In this document: positions 25,013 to 35,115 of the stretch, in pieces | Layout: the number at the start of each line of letters is the position of its first letter | Numbering within the stretch: position 1 is the stretch's first letter | Source of the DNA: Schizochytrium sp. TIO01 | Lineage: Eukaryota > Protista > Bigyra: Labyrinthulomycetes | Assembly (NCBI GenBank): GCA_004764695.1 | Contig: SMSO01000037.1 | Location: 1,774,747-1,838,746, forward strand | Direction: 5' to 3' | Length of the DNA stretch: 64,000 nucleotides | Position numbers and translations under genes: made by a program | Notes under the pieces: model-generated | The model's database searches: none | Told to the model about the DNA's origin: nothing | What the model saw: only the letters and a program-made list of their open reading frames with translations

Positions 25013-26341
25013 ATGACGAGCAACCCAGCGGACCAAAGTTCTTCAGCGCCGTGGAAAGGGGACGAATTCGAGGAGTGGAAAGGTGGAGGACCGACATCAT
25101 TGCTGGACTCTTCTCCGTTGACTTCCCTAAACGCGGATCAAGATGACTTATTGCGGGTCCCTGGAATCGCAGCTAAACCCCACATGCTGCTGGGCGATGA
25201 CCACGAATTTGTTGGGAATGGCAAGTCAGCAACCTCACTACTCACGCATGATCTTGAAGTTAGAACTTTTACGAAACCTACAGACTGCTCCGTCTGTGGA
25301 AAACTATTGCTGGGATTAAGGAAACAGGGTCTCGCTTGTAAAAAGTGCGGTGCTGCTGCCCACAAAAAGTGCGCTGAGCTATTGGATGTCGAGAAACCAT
25401 GTGAGTCGCAAGGAGAATTCGAGCATGAGTGGATGTTGGGCCCTCCGATTCATGAGTTTGCATTAAAAACATTTACTTCGCCAACAAAATGTAAACTGTG
25501 CCACGAATTCCTTCTAGGTATCTTTCAGCAAGGCCTTGAATGCAGAATTTGTAAAGCCGTGGTGCACAAAAAATGCGCGAACCAGTACAGCTCTACAGTA
25601 AAGAGCTGCAAGCCACCCGCGCCCGAAGAGACATCTCCGCGTCGCGCCTTAATTAACGTGCAAACCATCCCAGCCTCAGATGCCAAGCCTGATAACAAAG
25701 TATTGAGCCACTCAGAACACGAGCCTCAGCATCAGTTCCATGAAGCTCCGAAATTGCAATCCCAGTCCAAACCTCTTCAGCAAAGGCCTCCGCCACCCCC
25801 TCTTTCTCGCCCCCCACCGCCTCCGCACTCGCCACCACCACCCAGCCCACGATCCTCACCTTCATCACCCCTTCGAACGGCGGCGGCAACTTCCTCAAGC
25901 CCATCCTGTATAACATCGACGTCTCGCCCTCCTGCTCCAAAACGGGTGCCACCTCCTCCACCACCTCGAGCTTTTGATAATGTTACGGTGGCAAATAACA
26001 ACCCAACACCTGCTTTCACGTTAGACACTCTGGAGCAGAGGTTGGGAAGCTCAGCAACACAACTTCGGGAACGAATGAATCGTCTCGATTCGGATTGGTC
26101 CGAAACAAGCACTCGTTTAGCTACGCAACTCGCTGCTCTAGATAACAAAATCGAGGATTCTATGAATGACGCCAATCTGAAACTCCAGCGCCGCATGGAG
26201 TACATTGAACAGAATGGAATTGCCAATACTCTCGCTCTCGGAATTCGAGAACAAACAAAACGGGCAGTCGCTGCAATTGATAGTTTGTCATCTAGAGACC
26301 TTTTTAAGGATTCCGAGGAAAAACAGTACATAAGCCTTTGA
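25013..26341 (+). CDS. Tandem C1 (DAG/phorbol-ester-type zinc finger) protein with proline-rich and coiled-coil regions; probably the 5' part of a frameshift-split gene
   Basis: Two H-x12-C-x2-C…QG…C-x2-C-x4-H-x2-C…C domains at about 25247-25402 and 25451-25608, then poly-Pro tracts and heptad-like helices. Confidence 0.8.
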   Translation: MTSNPADQSSSAPWKGDEFEEWKGGGPTSLLDSSPLTSLNADQDDLLRVPGIAAKPHMLLGDDHEFVGNGKSATSLLTHDLEVRTFTKPTDCSVCGKLLLGLRKQGLACKKCGAAAHKKCAELLDVEKPCESQGEFEHEWMLGPPIHEFALKTFTSPTKCKLCHEFLLGIFQQGLECRICKAVVHKKCANQYSSTVKSCKPPAPEETSPRRALINVQTIPASDAKPDNKVLSHSEHEPQHQFHEAPKLQSQSKPLQQRPPPPPLSRPPPPPHSPPPPSPRSSPSSPLRTAAATSSSPSCITSTSRPPAPKRVPPPPPPRAFDNVTVANNNPTPAFTLDTLEQRLGSSATQLRERMNRLDSDWSETSTRLATQLAALDNKIEDSMNDANLKLQRRMEYIEQNGIANTLALGIREQTKRAVAAIDSLSSRDLFKDSEEKQYISL

Positions 26342-26889
26342 ACGTGGACCCTGACGCACTAGGCGCCATGGAGTATGCTGCCAGCGCAGCTCAGACGCTA
26401 GGTGCAGCGGGAACCAAAACAGTGAACTTTGTGAAAGATTCTACCGTTGCCGGCTTGCAATATGTATCCAAATCTGAGCTAGCTCGTGCATTTGAAGAAG
26501 AGTCAGACCCACGTTTGCGAAGAGCCTTGGCAGATGGTTTTGCAGGTCTCAGTATGGTCACCAACCAAGTCTCACAAAGCATCTCAGATGTTGGTGCTGC
26601 TTCTGGTCGTTCTATTGTGTCTAATACAACTCGTACGTACGGGCCAGAAGCAGGGAGAATGGCACAAGCTTCCACGCAGATTATTGGCGGAGCATATGAC
26701 ACAGTCACTGCATGCACTGGTTTTGTCAGCGGGTCTCATTTTCTCAAGGCGCCACTTCGAACAGCAGACCGATGGGCGCTTCGCGAGCCAGTTGTGCTTG
26801 ATGGCAACATGTATCAGATAGTTTACAACTATCTTGGCTATAAGGGAGATGGATTTGGCTGGAATCACTCCGGTACCTTGCAATTTTAA
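26308..26889 (+). CDS. Spartin/Senescence-domain-like ORF; likely -1 frame continuation of the C1 gene (or a pseudogene segment)
   Basis: Small-residue-rich amphipathic helices and SIVSNTTRTYGPEAGRMAQ, resembling the spartin-family YGxxAG motif. The -1 frame is open from about 26308 and overlaps the upstream stop (26339-26341). Confidence 0.55.
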   Translation, partial: GFRGKTVHKPLNVDPDALGAMEYAASAAQTLGAAGTKTVNFVKDSTVAGLQYVSKSELARAFEEESDPRLRRALADGFAGLSMVTNQVSQSISDVGAASGRSIVSNTTRTYGPEAGRMAQASTQIIGGAYDTVTACTGFVSGSHFLKAPLRTADRWALREPVVLDGNMYQIVYNYLGYKGDGFGWNHSGTLQF

Positions 26890-27047
26890 TTCAATTGAAG
26901 CAATCCCATCCCTTCCTCCTATTCAAAGTAGACTTTATCGTTCCATCGCGGAGAAAGAGGGAAGGGTGAGGGGTTCTGTCTCATTGCACACTATCAAACA
27001 GAATGGGCTGTCATACCCCTAAAAAAGAAAAAAAAAATCAAACAAAA

Positions 27048-27218
27048 CCGGATTGCAGTTTTCTCCTCCGAGAGCTGCTCGATGGGCTTCCTCTTCGCAG
27101 GCTCTTCGGGAAGAACACCCTTTCTACATCGCTTGTAGTCGACAGTTATGTAACCATCTCGCTCACTATCGTACAGCATCACGTCAAGCGTCCCACTTAC
27201 GACGAGGTCTCCAGATTT
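27048..27218 (-). pseudogene. PD-(D/E)XK nuclease fragment
   Basis: DLVVSGTLDVMLYDSERDGYITVDYKRCRK matches the G-x-x-D…D-Y/W-K core of RecB/lambda-exonuclease-like nucleases. It is flanked by AT-rich non-coding sequence and has no upstream ATG. Confidence 0.5.
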
Positions 27219-29469
27219 AGCTCTTGATTTTTCTCTATTTTTTTTACTAAATTTAAAAATGAATGAATTTTGTACACGTATACGCAGATACCTCTTGAAC
27301 GCTAATATTCTGTATAGCAATAACTTTCCACTCAATGCAAAGTTTACAAAGTAAGATGAGTTGTTTGACAGAGAGTATGCGAAAAAGCAAGATAAATTCG
27401 TGCATGAGTATGTTTCATGTATCGTATTAGCAACCGCTGTATGTTAGGGACTAAAGACATGCGATGCTTGCAAGACTTTAAGAAGTATGCATCTAAGGCG
27501 CTAGTTGTTTAATCATTGGAAAGATGCAAGCCGACTGTCATCAAGAGACTTTTAACTGCATCCTCTCAAGGCGCAAAGGCCCAAGGTCACTTACGCAATT
27601 CAGCGGGCAAAACGTCAGCAACATAGAGTTCTAAAATCAGAGCAGGTTTTGCAAAGTCTCCCCTGGCTTTGAATGCGTAGGCTGTGCAACAGCAACATTG
27701 CGCGAAAACACCATTGAAAGGAGTTTTGAACTCGGTTGAACAGACTCGAGAGCACTCCTTTTACAGTTCGTGGAGAGCACGGCGATAAGATGAAGGGGGG
27801 CATTACTTTCTTACTGAGCCATGCCGGAGATTGTTTCTGCGCTATAAGTAGTAAGTACTATGTGGATAAGGCCTACTCCTATCGACCTTTCACTCTTGTA
27901 AAAACTAGCACCAGAGCGTATCAGATGGGTAATAATAAAACACTTGAGAGTTTCTTTGGGTTGGTAGTAGAAAGAACCACACCTTTAAATTCCCACTGCA
28001 ATGCGGCGCCTGCCCTGTCCATCGCTACTGGTCGGCATTGACCAGTCCCTAAGCATCACAAGCCTCAACGAGAAAGGAATTCGAAAACTGTACCTGCAAA
28101 ACGTAGGAATTCCAGTCGGCAGATCGGTGGGTGGGTGTTAGGCAGGTAGGAAGGTACCGACTGTATTCGCCAAACTTACTCACAGCCGCCGTTCGCGGTA
28201 CGGCGAGCCCGTGGTTCCTGCGCAGCGCTCCTTCCATCGCCAGGCACACGCTTCCGCCTCCAACAAGTGCTCTACCTCTAGAGGCTGAGAGAGGGATGGA
28301 TGGAGGCGCCGCGCCCTTGAGGCCAGGTCCCGCAACGTCAGTGAGTGCACGACCGGCCATCACGAGCCCAGGTCCTCACGCCGACCTCTGCGGACGCCGA
28401 CGACCACGCCTCCCAGGCCCCGCTGCGCCAAAAGGGAGGGTGTCTGCCGTGCCGAGGGCGGGAACGGCCTCCAAGCGTGGCGCAAGTCACGAGGCGAACG
28501 AAGCCTCTCCGCTGTACGACACACACAGCGAGACCATAGTGGTGTAGTACACACCCCGTGCCGGGATCCAAGATGGAGCCCCAGTTTACAAACATGCATG
28601 CATACATACATACATGCATTCATTTACAGGTACATCTCGGCGGGCAAACTTCGCAAGGGTTCTCTCTACGCTCTGCTCGCGCGTGCTTCCCGGCCTGTAC
28701 CATCGCGGGAGGCCGCAGGGTTCCGAGGCGGGGCTCGCGGCGGCGGCTCGCTCGCTCTCTCGGTCGCTGTCCGCCCAGGGTCGCTGCTGGAGAAGGGCGG
28801 CGATCGCTTGCATCCATCTCTCGCTGGCCCGGCCGGTTTCCGGCAAGGATCCCGACCCTCGCTGGCCGCGCAGGACCTCCTTACTCCAAAGGCAGAGCCC
28901 CGGCTGCCTCGTCCTCCTCCTCGCGGGCGAGCCTCGTGCCGCCAAAGCAAAATGCGCCCCCTCGAAACGTTCTGGCCAACGATCCAGCCAACTAGGCGAT
29001 TCTCAAAATGTCCTGCACGAGAACGTGGCCAGCGAGGCTTTCCGCCTCCGAGTGCTCTTGCACTACTCCCCTGAGACATGCCTGGCCCCGCCTCTATCCT
29101 TGCCGCTTCCCGCGAGCCCGCCTCCAGCCAGAGCTCCTTGGCGCCTCTAACCAGAGCCCGTGCCTCGATCCCCGCGTCTTGAGCAATCTCGTCCTTCGCA
29201 TTCCTTCGCAGTCCTTCGCCGTCCTCGCCCCGTCCCCGCCTTCCGCCAGTGCCCACACCTCGCGCACACTTGTGAGTGCACACCTGCCTCCGGGGACCCC
29301 TCCTGCGCTATGGAAGGGACTCGGAAGCGGCCGGGCCGCTGCTCTGTCTGATGGTTTGGATGCCCTCGCTGCTCCTGGAGGCCGCGCAAAGGACCCCTTC
29401 TGCGACGCCTCCCTCTCTTTTGATGCAAGCAGCGCGATGCCAGAAGGGCCAGGGAAACGGGCCTCCTGT

Positions 29470-29527
29470 TGAATGAATGAATGAATGAATGAATGAATGA
29501 ATGAGTGAATGAGTGAGTGAGTGAGTG
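29470..29527. repeat. (GAAT)n/(GAGT)n microsatellite
   Basis: Read directly. Confidence 0.92.
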
Positions 29528-30338
29528 AGCTGGCGATCGATCGGTCGTTCAGTTTCGCGTTCTTTTTGTTCTGTGGGTTGCGAAGTTATGTACCTTAGAA
29601 AGAAAGAAGAACTCGAAGGGGAAAAAAAAGAAAAAAGAAAAAAAAAAGAAAGAGAAAAGAAAGAAAGAAAGAAACGCATGGCCGAGTCCTCGAGGAGGCA
29701 GCGAGCCGGTGCAAGTAGGCTATAGCGAAACCGCAAGTGGGTTATACGCAGGCTACTATAGACTATTTCAGGGATTGCCTATTATTACCTGGGAGCAGAG
29801 ACCTGAAAGAAAGTGAAAGAGCGGACGGCCAGGCAGGGAGGGGGACTGCAGGGAGGCGTCTGAGGGAGGGACCCCGAGGAAGAAGGCTTAGGCGGGGTCT
29901 GCGAAAGAAAAGCAGCCAGGATTGTGGCGTGGGGAAGAAAGGAAGTAGGGGTGGTTAGGTGAAAAGGTAGAAGTAGGAGACGAGGCGATGGGGGCATTGT
30001 GGAGAGAGATGGTGAGTGTTCAAACGAATTCTGAAGCAATCGATCGATCCACCGCTCCGACGAGGCAAGCAAAACCTGATCCATCAGCGATCGATCAGTC
30101 GATTGATCGATCAACGATCCACCTGGACGCCTGCCTGCGAGGCGAGCAAGAGCGGCCGCGCTAGAATTGCGGAGAGCAAACGAGACTCCGTGGGAGTGCA
30201 GCGGTTGATCCTTCTGAAGAGAAGGAAGTAAAAGGAGAAGCAGAAGAAGAAGAGATATCCTTAGATTCTTGAAATTCTTGAACTTAAGACAGAAGGCATT
30301 ATAGCCATAATATCTGCTCGTAATTTGACACAGAAACC

Positions 30339-32177
30339 ATGTCGGTGAAACCTGAACTTAGCAGGCATGCAATGCTTGTGGTGATTCTCCTGGCATGCTT
30401 GGCGGTGCCTGGATTTGCCTTTCTTGATGGTGTCGTGGATGCTGTCAAGACAACCATTGCTGGAGCTACTGGGCGTACTGCGTATGCACCCTCAAAACGT
30501 GCAGAGGTGGAGCACGCGGAGGATGTTGTGGTCGCAGATTTTAGCGCACCGCAGGGAAGCCTTCCTAAGGTGCGTCTTGGTTCCCGCGTCATCGATCTCG
30601 TTAACGCTCTGCACTTTGATGACCTCATGCAAGATACCCCGGACGAGATTCGCCCTCCTAGCGTGGTAGTCTTTTACGACAGCAACGATAATACATGCAT
30701 GGAAAAATACGATAGCTTAGGCTGGGACAATCTTGCTGAGTCCAAGCTTCCTGCTCGTGAGCGTCTCATGACTGCTCGTTACGATATGTATGCTGCACCG
30801 CGTCGTGCATGGTACAAGTTTATTCCTGAGATGGACCTTGCTAAACGTTTCAACGTGAAGCAATGCCCTGAAGTGGTTTTTGCACCACGCTCCTGCGATG
30901 GTCTTACTGAGTTTTGCCATCGTGAGACTGATGGAGATGGCATCCAGTACATGGGATGCGAAAACTTTAAGGAGTCCTGCGAGAATACCAAGATCTGGGA
31001 CGGCAAGGGCGACTTGAAGACATGGATCATGGACAATGTCGAGTCGGAGGGCGAGCCTGCTGTGAGCCGCTTCATGGGATCCATGGAGGCCCAAGGTGAG
31101 TGGATCCTCGGACGCGACCGCACTACCACCGACAATCAGATGCGTAACCTTTATCTTTCCCCTGCATTCCCAGCATTCACAAAGCGTGGTTTCAAGGCAC
31201 TTCCTATTCCGGATGAGCTTATGAAATGGCTTGATGGCTTTTATGAGCGTAATGAAAAGCACCGTCGCACGGAGTTTTGGGAAGCGGAGTCCACCCAGAT
31301 GGGCTTTCACGAGACCCCGACTTCGTTCTTGGATATGGATCGTGAGCGCTTTGAAAAGGAACGCATGGCCAACCTCTATCTTAAACCCCTTGTTGAAGAG
31401 TGGGCTGGTCTCCCTGAAGGCACTCTTGAACTTACTGCCTTTTACGGAATGCGTGAGTACCCGGATGAATCGATCCTCAAGAACCACGTGGATCGCATTG
31501 ACACCCATGTACTTTCTGTAACCATCTCTGTTCGTAAGCTTGACGAGGCTAAGTCTGCTGCTCACCCATGGCCTCTTGAGGTTGTTCAATGGTCTGGTGA
31601 TCATGTGCGCTACGAGCACCCTGGTGGTACCATGGTCCTTTACGAATCTTCCAAGCTTATGCACGGTCGCCCGTTCAAGAACAAGGGTGGTACCCATGTC
31701 GGTTGCTTTGCTCATTTTAAGCCAAAGACTATGCACAGCACGGACGCTAGCCGCTGGGAAGATATCGTCGCTACAGCCCGCTCTAACCAGCGCCGCAATT
31801 CACAGAACACTGCGTACAGATCGCGCCCGTCGGTTGAGCCCAACGATGTACACTTTTCCAATGTTGACTATGGTGAGGGCACTCGCTGGCGTCTCAAGAC
31901 TGAAGGTGAGAACGAGGTCCGCAATGACCAGGTACCCGTTACTTTTCATAACAAGCACGACAAGACCCTTGCTGTGTATTGGCAGGGCCATGATGGCGGT
32001 CCTGTTCACCAAGGTACGGTGGCTCCTGGTGCAACTTTTGACGTTGGTTCTTACCGTGGCCATCAATTCTTCTGGTCTGCTGTTCTTCCTGAGCATGAAG
32101 GTTCCCCGACGGCAATGCCCGGTGGTCGTATCACTGTGGAAAAGGGCCGTACGGTTTACGCTTACACCGCAAAGTAA
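30339..32177 (+). CDS. Secretory thioredoxin-like + 2OG-Fe(II) dioxygenase + VHL-beta-like protein (paralogue A)
   Basis: Signal peptide (LVVILLACLAVPGFA). Trx-like VVVFYDSNDNTC…LAKRFNVKQCPEVVF. Dioxygenase YGMREY…HVD (31485-31493)…WPLEV…MVLYESSKLMHGRP (His at 31662). C-terminal VTFHN…VYWQGHDGGPVHQGTVAPG…SYRGHQF. Confidence 0.85.
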   Translation: MSVKPELSRHAMLVVILLACLAVPGFAFLDGVVDAVKTTIAGATGRTAYAPSKRAEVEHAEDVVVADFSAPQGSLPKVRLGSRVIDLVNALHFDDLMQDTPDEIRPPSVVVFYDSNDNTCMEKYDSLGWDNLAESKLPARERLMTARYDMYAAPRRAWYKFIPEMDLAKRFNVKQCPEVVFAPRSCDGLTEFCHRETDGDGIQYMGCENFKESCENTKIWDGKGDLKTWIMDNVESEGEPAVSRFMGSMEAQGEWILGRDRTTTDNQMRNLYLSPAFPAFTKRGFKALPIPDELMKWLDGFYERNEKHRRTEFWEAESTQMGFHETPTSFLDMDRERFEKERMANLYLKPLVEEWAGLPEGTLELTAFYGMREYPDESILKNHVDRIDTHVLSVTISVRKLDEAKSAAHPWPLEVVQWSGDHVRYEHPGGTMVLYESSKLMHGRPFKNKGGTHVGCFAHFKPKTMHSTDASRWEDIVATARSNQRRNSQNTAYRSRPSVEPNDVHFSNVDYGEGTRWRLKTEGENEVRNDQVPVTFHNKHDKTLAVYWQGHDGGPVHQGTVAPGATFDVGSYRGHQFFWSAVLPEHEGSPTAMPGGRITVEKGRTVYAYTAK

Positions 32178-33111
32178 GTAAGCTTATATGCAGCTAGCTT
32201 ACAGTTTACTCTGACCGTCCAACTTCTTTTTTCCTAATCTCTCTTGGCAAAACTTACCAAGTCCGTGCAAAACGAGATATCAGACATATTTGACATTGTA
32301 AATTGGTCATTCTCATAGACTCGTATTCTATGTTCGGAAGTACTCGAGAAAGAAGTGGCAAACCTGTACTTGTTTTAAACCAAATTAGTAATGCTGAAGC
32401 TTCTCTCAAGAGAAAGCTCATAAAAACTTTAAATATCATTTATCAGATGAATAAAGACATCTCATACATCTGTTCGATTTCATTTCCTACCATGTTTACA
32501 GAATGATGGCTTCTTTTGATTTTTCTTTTTGATATTATATATATATATATATATCATGAAAGAAAGAAAGAGAGAAACGCTCGTCAGTCAAACTAAAAAC
32601 TTCTTAAACACCTCAGAGTATAAAAGAAGAATTCAATCTCGTCACAATATCCTTGACCTCCAAAAAGTCCTAGGATCTGAGTGACTTAGTAACAGTCTTA
32701 TGTACGCCACAGCCTTTGTTCAAGGAGGTTATGTAAAGGAAAAGGTGAAAACATTGTTTGTAGACAACTTTATAAATCTAAAGGCCTGGTACACATTGGA
32801 ATTCCGTCAAGAAGTTTGTCGTTGGGTATACATTACAAGCCAAATGAGTGCAAAATGCGAAGCAGTTGCCCAGTTAATATGGCCCTTTTTAATTACGTAT
32901 CCACCTAGCGCAAATAATGCAAAGTGTATGTAAGAGGTTAAGAACTTTCCCAAGGTTGAATGAGGTAGGCAAACGATGCAAACAGATTCATGGAGTGAAG
33001 AGGCGGCAGCATTTCTGAATCATTTCCAATGAGTTGAAAAAGAAGTTTACGAGGACACGGCTACAACTGAACTACGTGCCCTCGTATTGGGAAGGGCGAT
33101 TGCTGCAAGTT

Positions 33112-35115
33112 TTACTCCTGCTTCAGCTTTTCACGAACTTTGTCAGCAAACTGTGTTTGTGGCTTGCGATGGGTGCCGTCGCGTGTCAAAGAGTACTTCA
33201 CAACAGATCGGCCCATCTCCATCGAAAATGTTCCATCCGGAATCGGATCGGTGCTACCTGCTTCACAGAATGCAAACTGGTGATCACGGAAAGTGGTGAT
33301 TGTGGTTGCGGTTCCCCGGGCAAGAGTTCCTTGGTGAACCGAAGGACCATTCGGGTTAAGCCAGTAAAGATCAAGTGTACGGTCAGCTTCATTCTTGAAG
33401 ACCACCGAGAAGCCACCATTCGCATCAGCAGCGCCCTCATCCTCATCTGCCTCATCACCATCAGAGCTAAGGTGGGTCCACTTGGTTCCCTCGCCAAAAC
33501 TTTTGCTGGCGTACTCGATGGTCGAAGCAGGGGGTTCCACTGGGTCAGTTTGACGGAAGGTTCTGTGTCCTGTAAATGCAGATTGGTGAGCACGTGCAAC
33601 GCGTGCAATGTCGTCCCAGCGGCGCGTCATATCGGATCCTGCAGACTTCGGCTTGAAGTGCACAAAGGCGCCAAGATGGTCACCTCCGAGGTTGGGATAC
33701 GGCCGTCCATGAGGAAGCTTTGAGGACTCATAGAGCACCATGGTGCCAGCCGGGTGCTCGTAGCGGACATGGTCACCATTCCAGTCAATAACTTCAAGTG
33801 GCCAAGATGCGTTAGTGGGCCACTCACCCTTAGCAACGGTGATAGTTACCGAGAGAACGTGAGAGTCGATGCGATCAATGTGCGAGCGCAGCCAGTTATC
33901 GTGCTTGTAGTGGCGCACACCGTAGAATGCGGTGAGCTCAAGATCGCCCATCTGCGACCACTCCTCCACAATAGGCTTAATGAACTTATTCACCATGCGG
34001 TTGGCGTGAATTCTCTCACGGTCAAGGTCCGTGAACTCAGTCGGTGTCTCGTGAAAAGACATTTGCGTGGACTCAGCCTGCCAAAACTCCGTTCGTTTGT
34101 GGCTCTTGTTACGTTCCAAGAAACCAAGGAGCCACGTCATGAACTCTCCAGGGACGTCGGTAGCTTTGAATCCGCGAGGCGTGAACGCCGGAAAGGCCTG
34201 AGAGAGGTAGAGATTACGCATCATTGTGTTTGAGGTGGTAAACTCTCGGTCATGCATCCATTTTCCCTGCTCGCGGTAGGTACGGAGAAACTTGGAGAGT
34301 TTAGGACGACCCTCTGCAGCAACTTTGTCTTTAATCCAACTTGCAAGATCTCCAGTACCGTCCCATTTGACGGTGTTAGTGCACTGCTCAACAAAGTTCT
34401 CGCAGCCGATGAGCTCGATCGAGGGTGCCTCGGGGTCCATACCGCGACTGCACCAATCAGTCCACCCATTACAAGAACGGGGTACGAAAACAACTTCGGG
34501 GCACTGCTTGACATTAAAGCGTTTCGCAAGATCCATCTCAGGCGTAAACTTGTACCAGGCACGGCGGGGTGCAGCGTACATGTCGTACCGAGCTGTGAAG
34601 AGCATATCACGGCTTGGAAGCTTAGTCTCGGCGATGTTGTCCCAACGCAAAGCGTTGTACTTTTTCACGCACTCGCTGTCACGCGAGTTGTAAAAGACGA
34701 CCACTCCAGCTGGGCGAATGTCGTCTGGTGAGTCCTGAAGAATTGAATCAAAGTGAATTCCGTTCACAAGATCAGCAACACGGCCACCCATAGTCACGGA
34801 AGGAAGGTCCATGTCGCTGTAATCTGCAATCTCGAGGCCAGATGCATGAGGAGGCTTTGGTCTTTTGGATTCTGCAGCAGGGTTTTTCGCGGTACTCGCC
34901 TGTACGACCCCAGGGCTTGGGCCAAAGAAGAATGCCTTGACGTCATCCAGAGAGAATGCAGAAGTAGAAACCACCGCCAGTGCCAAAACTACGATGGCAA
35001 TCACAGTTGCAGGCGCGATGGACTTCTTAGCCTTGCCTTTATTGGCGCTCGCCATTGTGGCTGCAGACCGCGCCTTCGCCACCTCGGCAGTCGAAGGCTT
35101 ACTGTTCTTGGCCAT
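33112..35115 (-). CDS. Membrane-anchored thioredoxin-like + 2OG-Fe(II) dioxygenase + VHL-beta-like protein (paralogue B)
   Basis: Colinear with paralogue A. Basic N-tail then TM (VIAIVVLALAVV), Trx-like segment, HID…LPHGRP, and C-terminal VVFKN…LYWLNPNG…GTLARG…TFRDHQF. First ATG is 35115; the ORF track starts at TTG 35199. Confidence 0.85.
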   Translation of the reverse strand: MAKNSKPSTAEVAKARSAATMASANKGKAKKSIAPATVIAIVVLALAVVSTSAFSLDDVKAFFFGPSPGVVQASTAKNPAAESKRPKPPHASGLEIADYSDMDLPSVTMGGRVADLVNGIHFDSILQDSPDDIRPAGVVVFYNSRDSECVKKYNALRWDNIAETKLPSRDMLFTARYDMYAAPRRAWYKFTPEMDLAKRFNVKQCPEVVFVPRSCNGWTDWCSRGMDPEAPSIELIGCENFVEQCTNTVKWDGTGDLASWIKDKVAAEGRPKLSKFLRTYREQGKWMHDREFTTSNTMMRNLYLSQAFPAFTPRGFKATDVPGEFMTWLLGFLERNKSHKRTEFWQAESTQMSFHETPTEFTDLDRERIHANRMVNKFIKPIVEEWSQMGDLELTAFYGVRHYKHDNWLRSHIDRIDSHVLSVTITVAKGEWPTNASWPLEVIDWNGDHVRYEHPAGTMVLYESSKLPHGRPYPNLGGDHLGAFVHFKPKSAGSDMTRRWDDIARVARAHQSAFTGHRTFRQTDPVEPPASTIEYASKSFGEGTKWTHLSSDGDEADEDEGAADANGGFSVVFKNEADRTLDLYWLNPNGPSVHQGTLARGTATTITTFRDHQFAFCEAGSTDPIPDGTFSMEMGRSVVKYSLTRDGTHRKPQTQFADKVREKLKQE

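Noticed and set aside
28049-29472. Overlapping ORFs on both strands in a GC-rich block
   Set aside because: Stop-poor because of GC content, R/P/A/G-rich with no domain or codon bias. More likely promoter/UTR sequence upstream of dioxygenase A.
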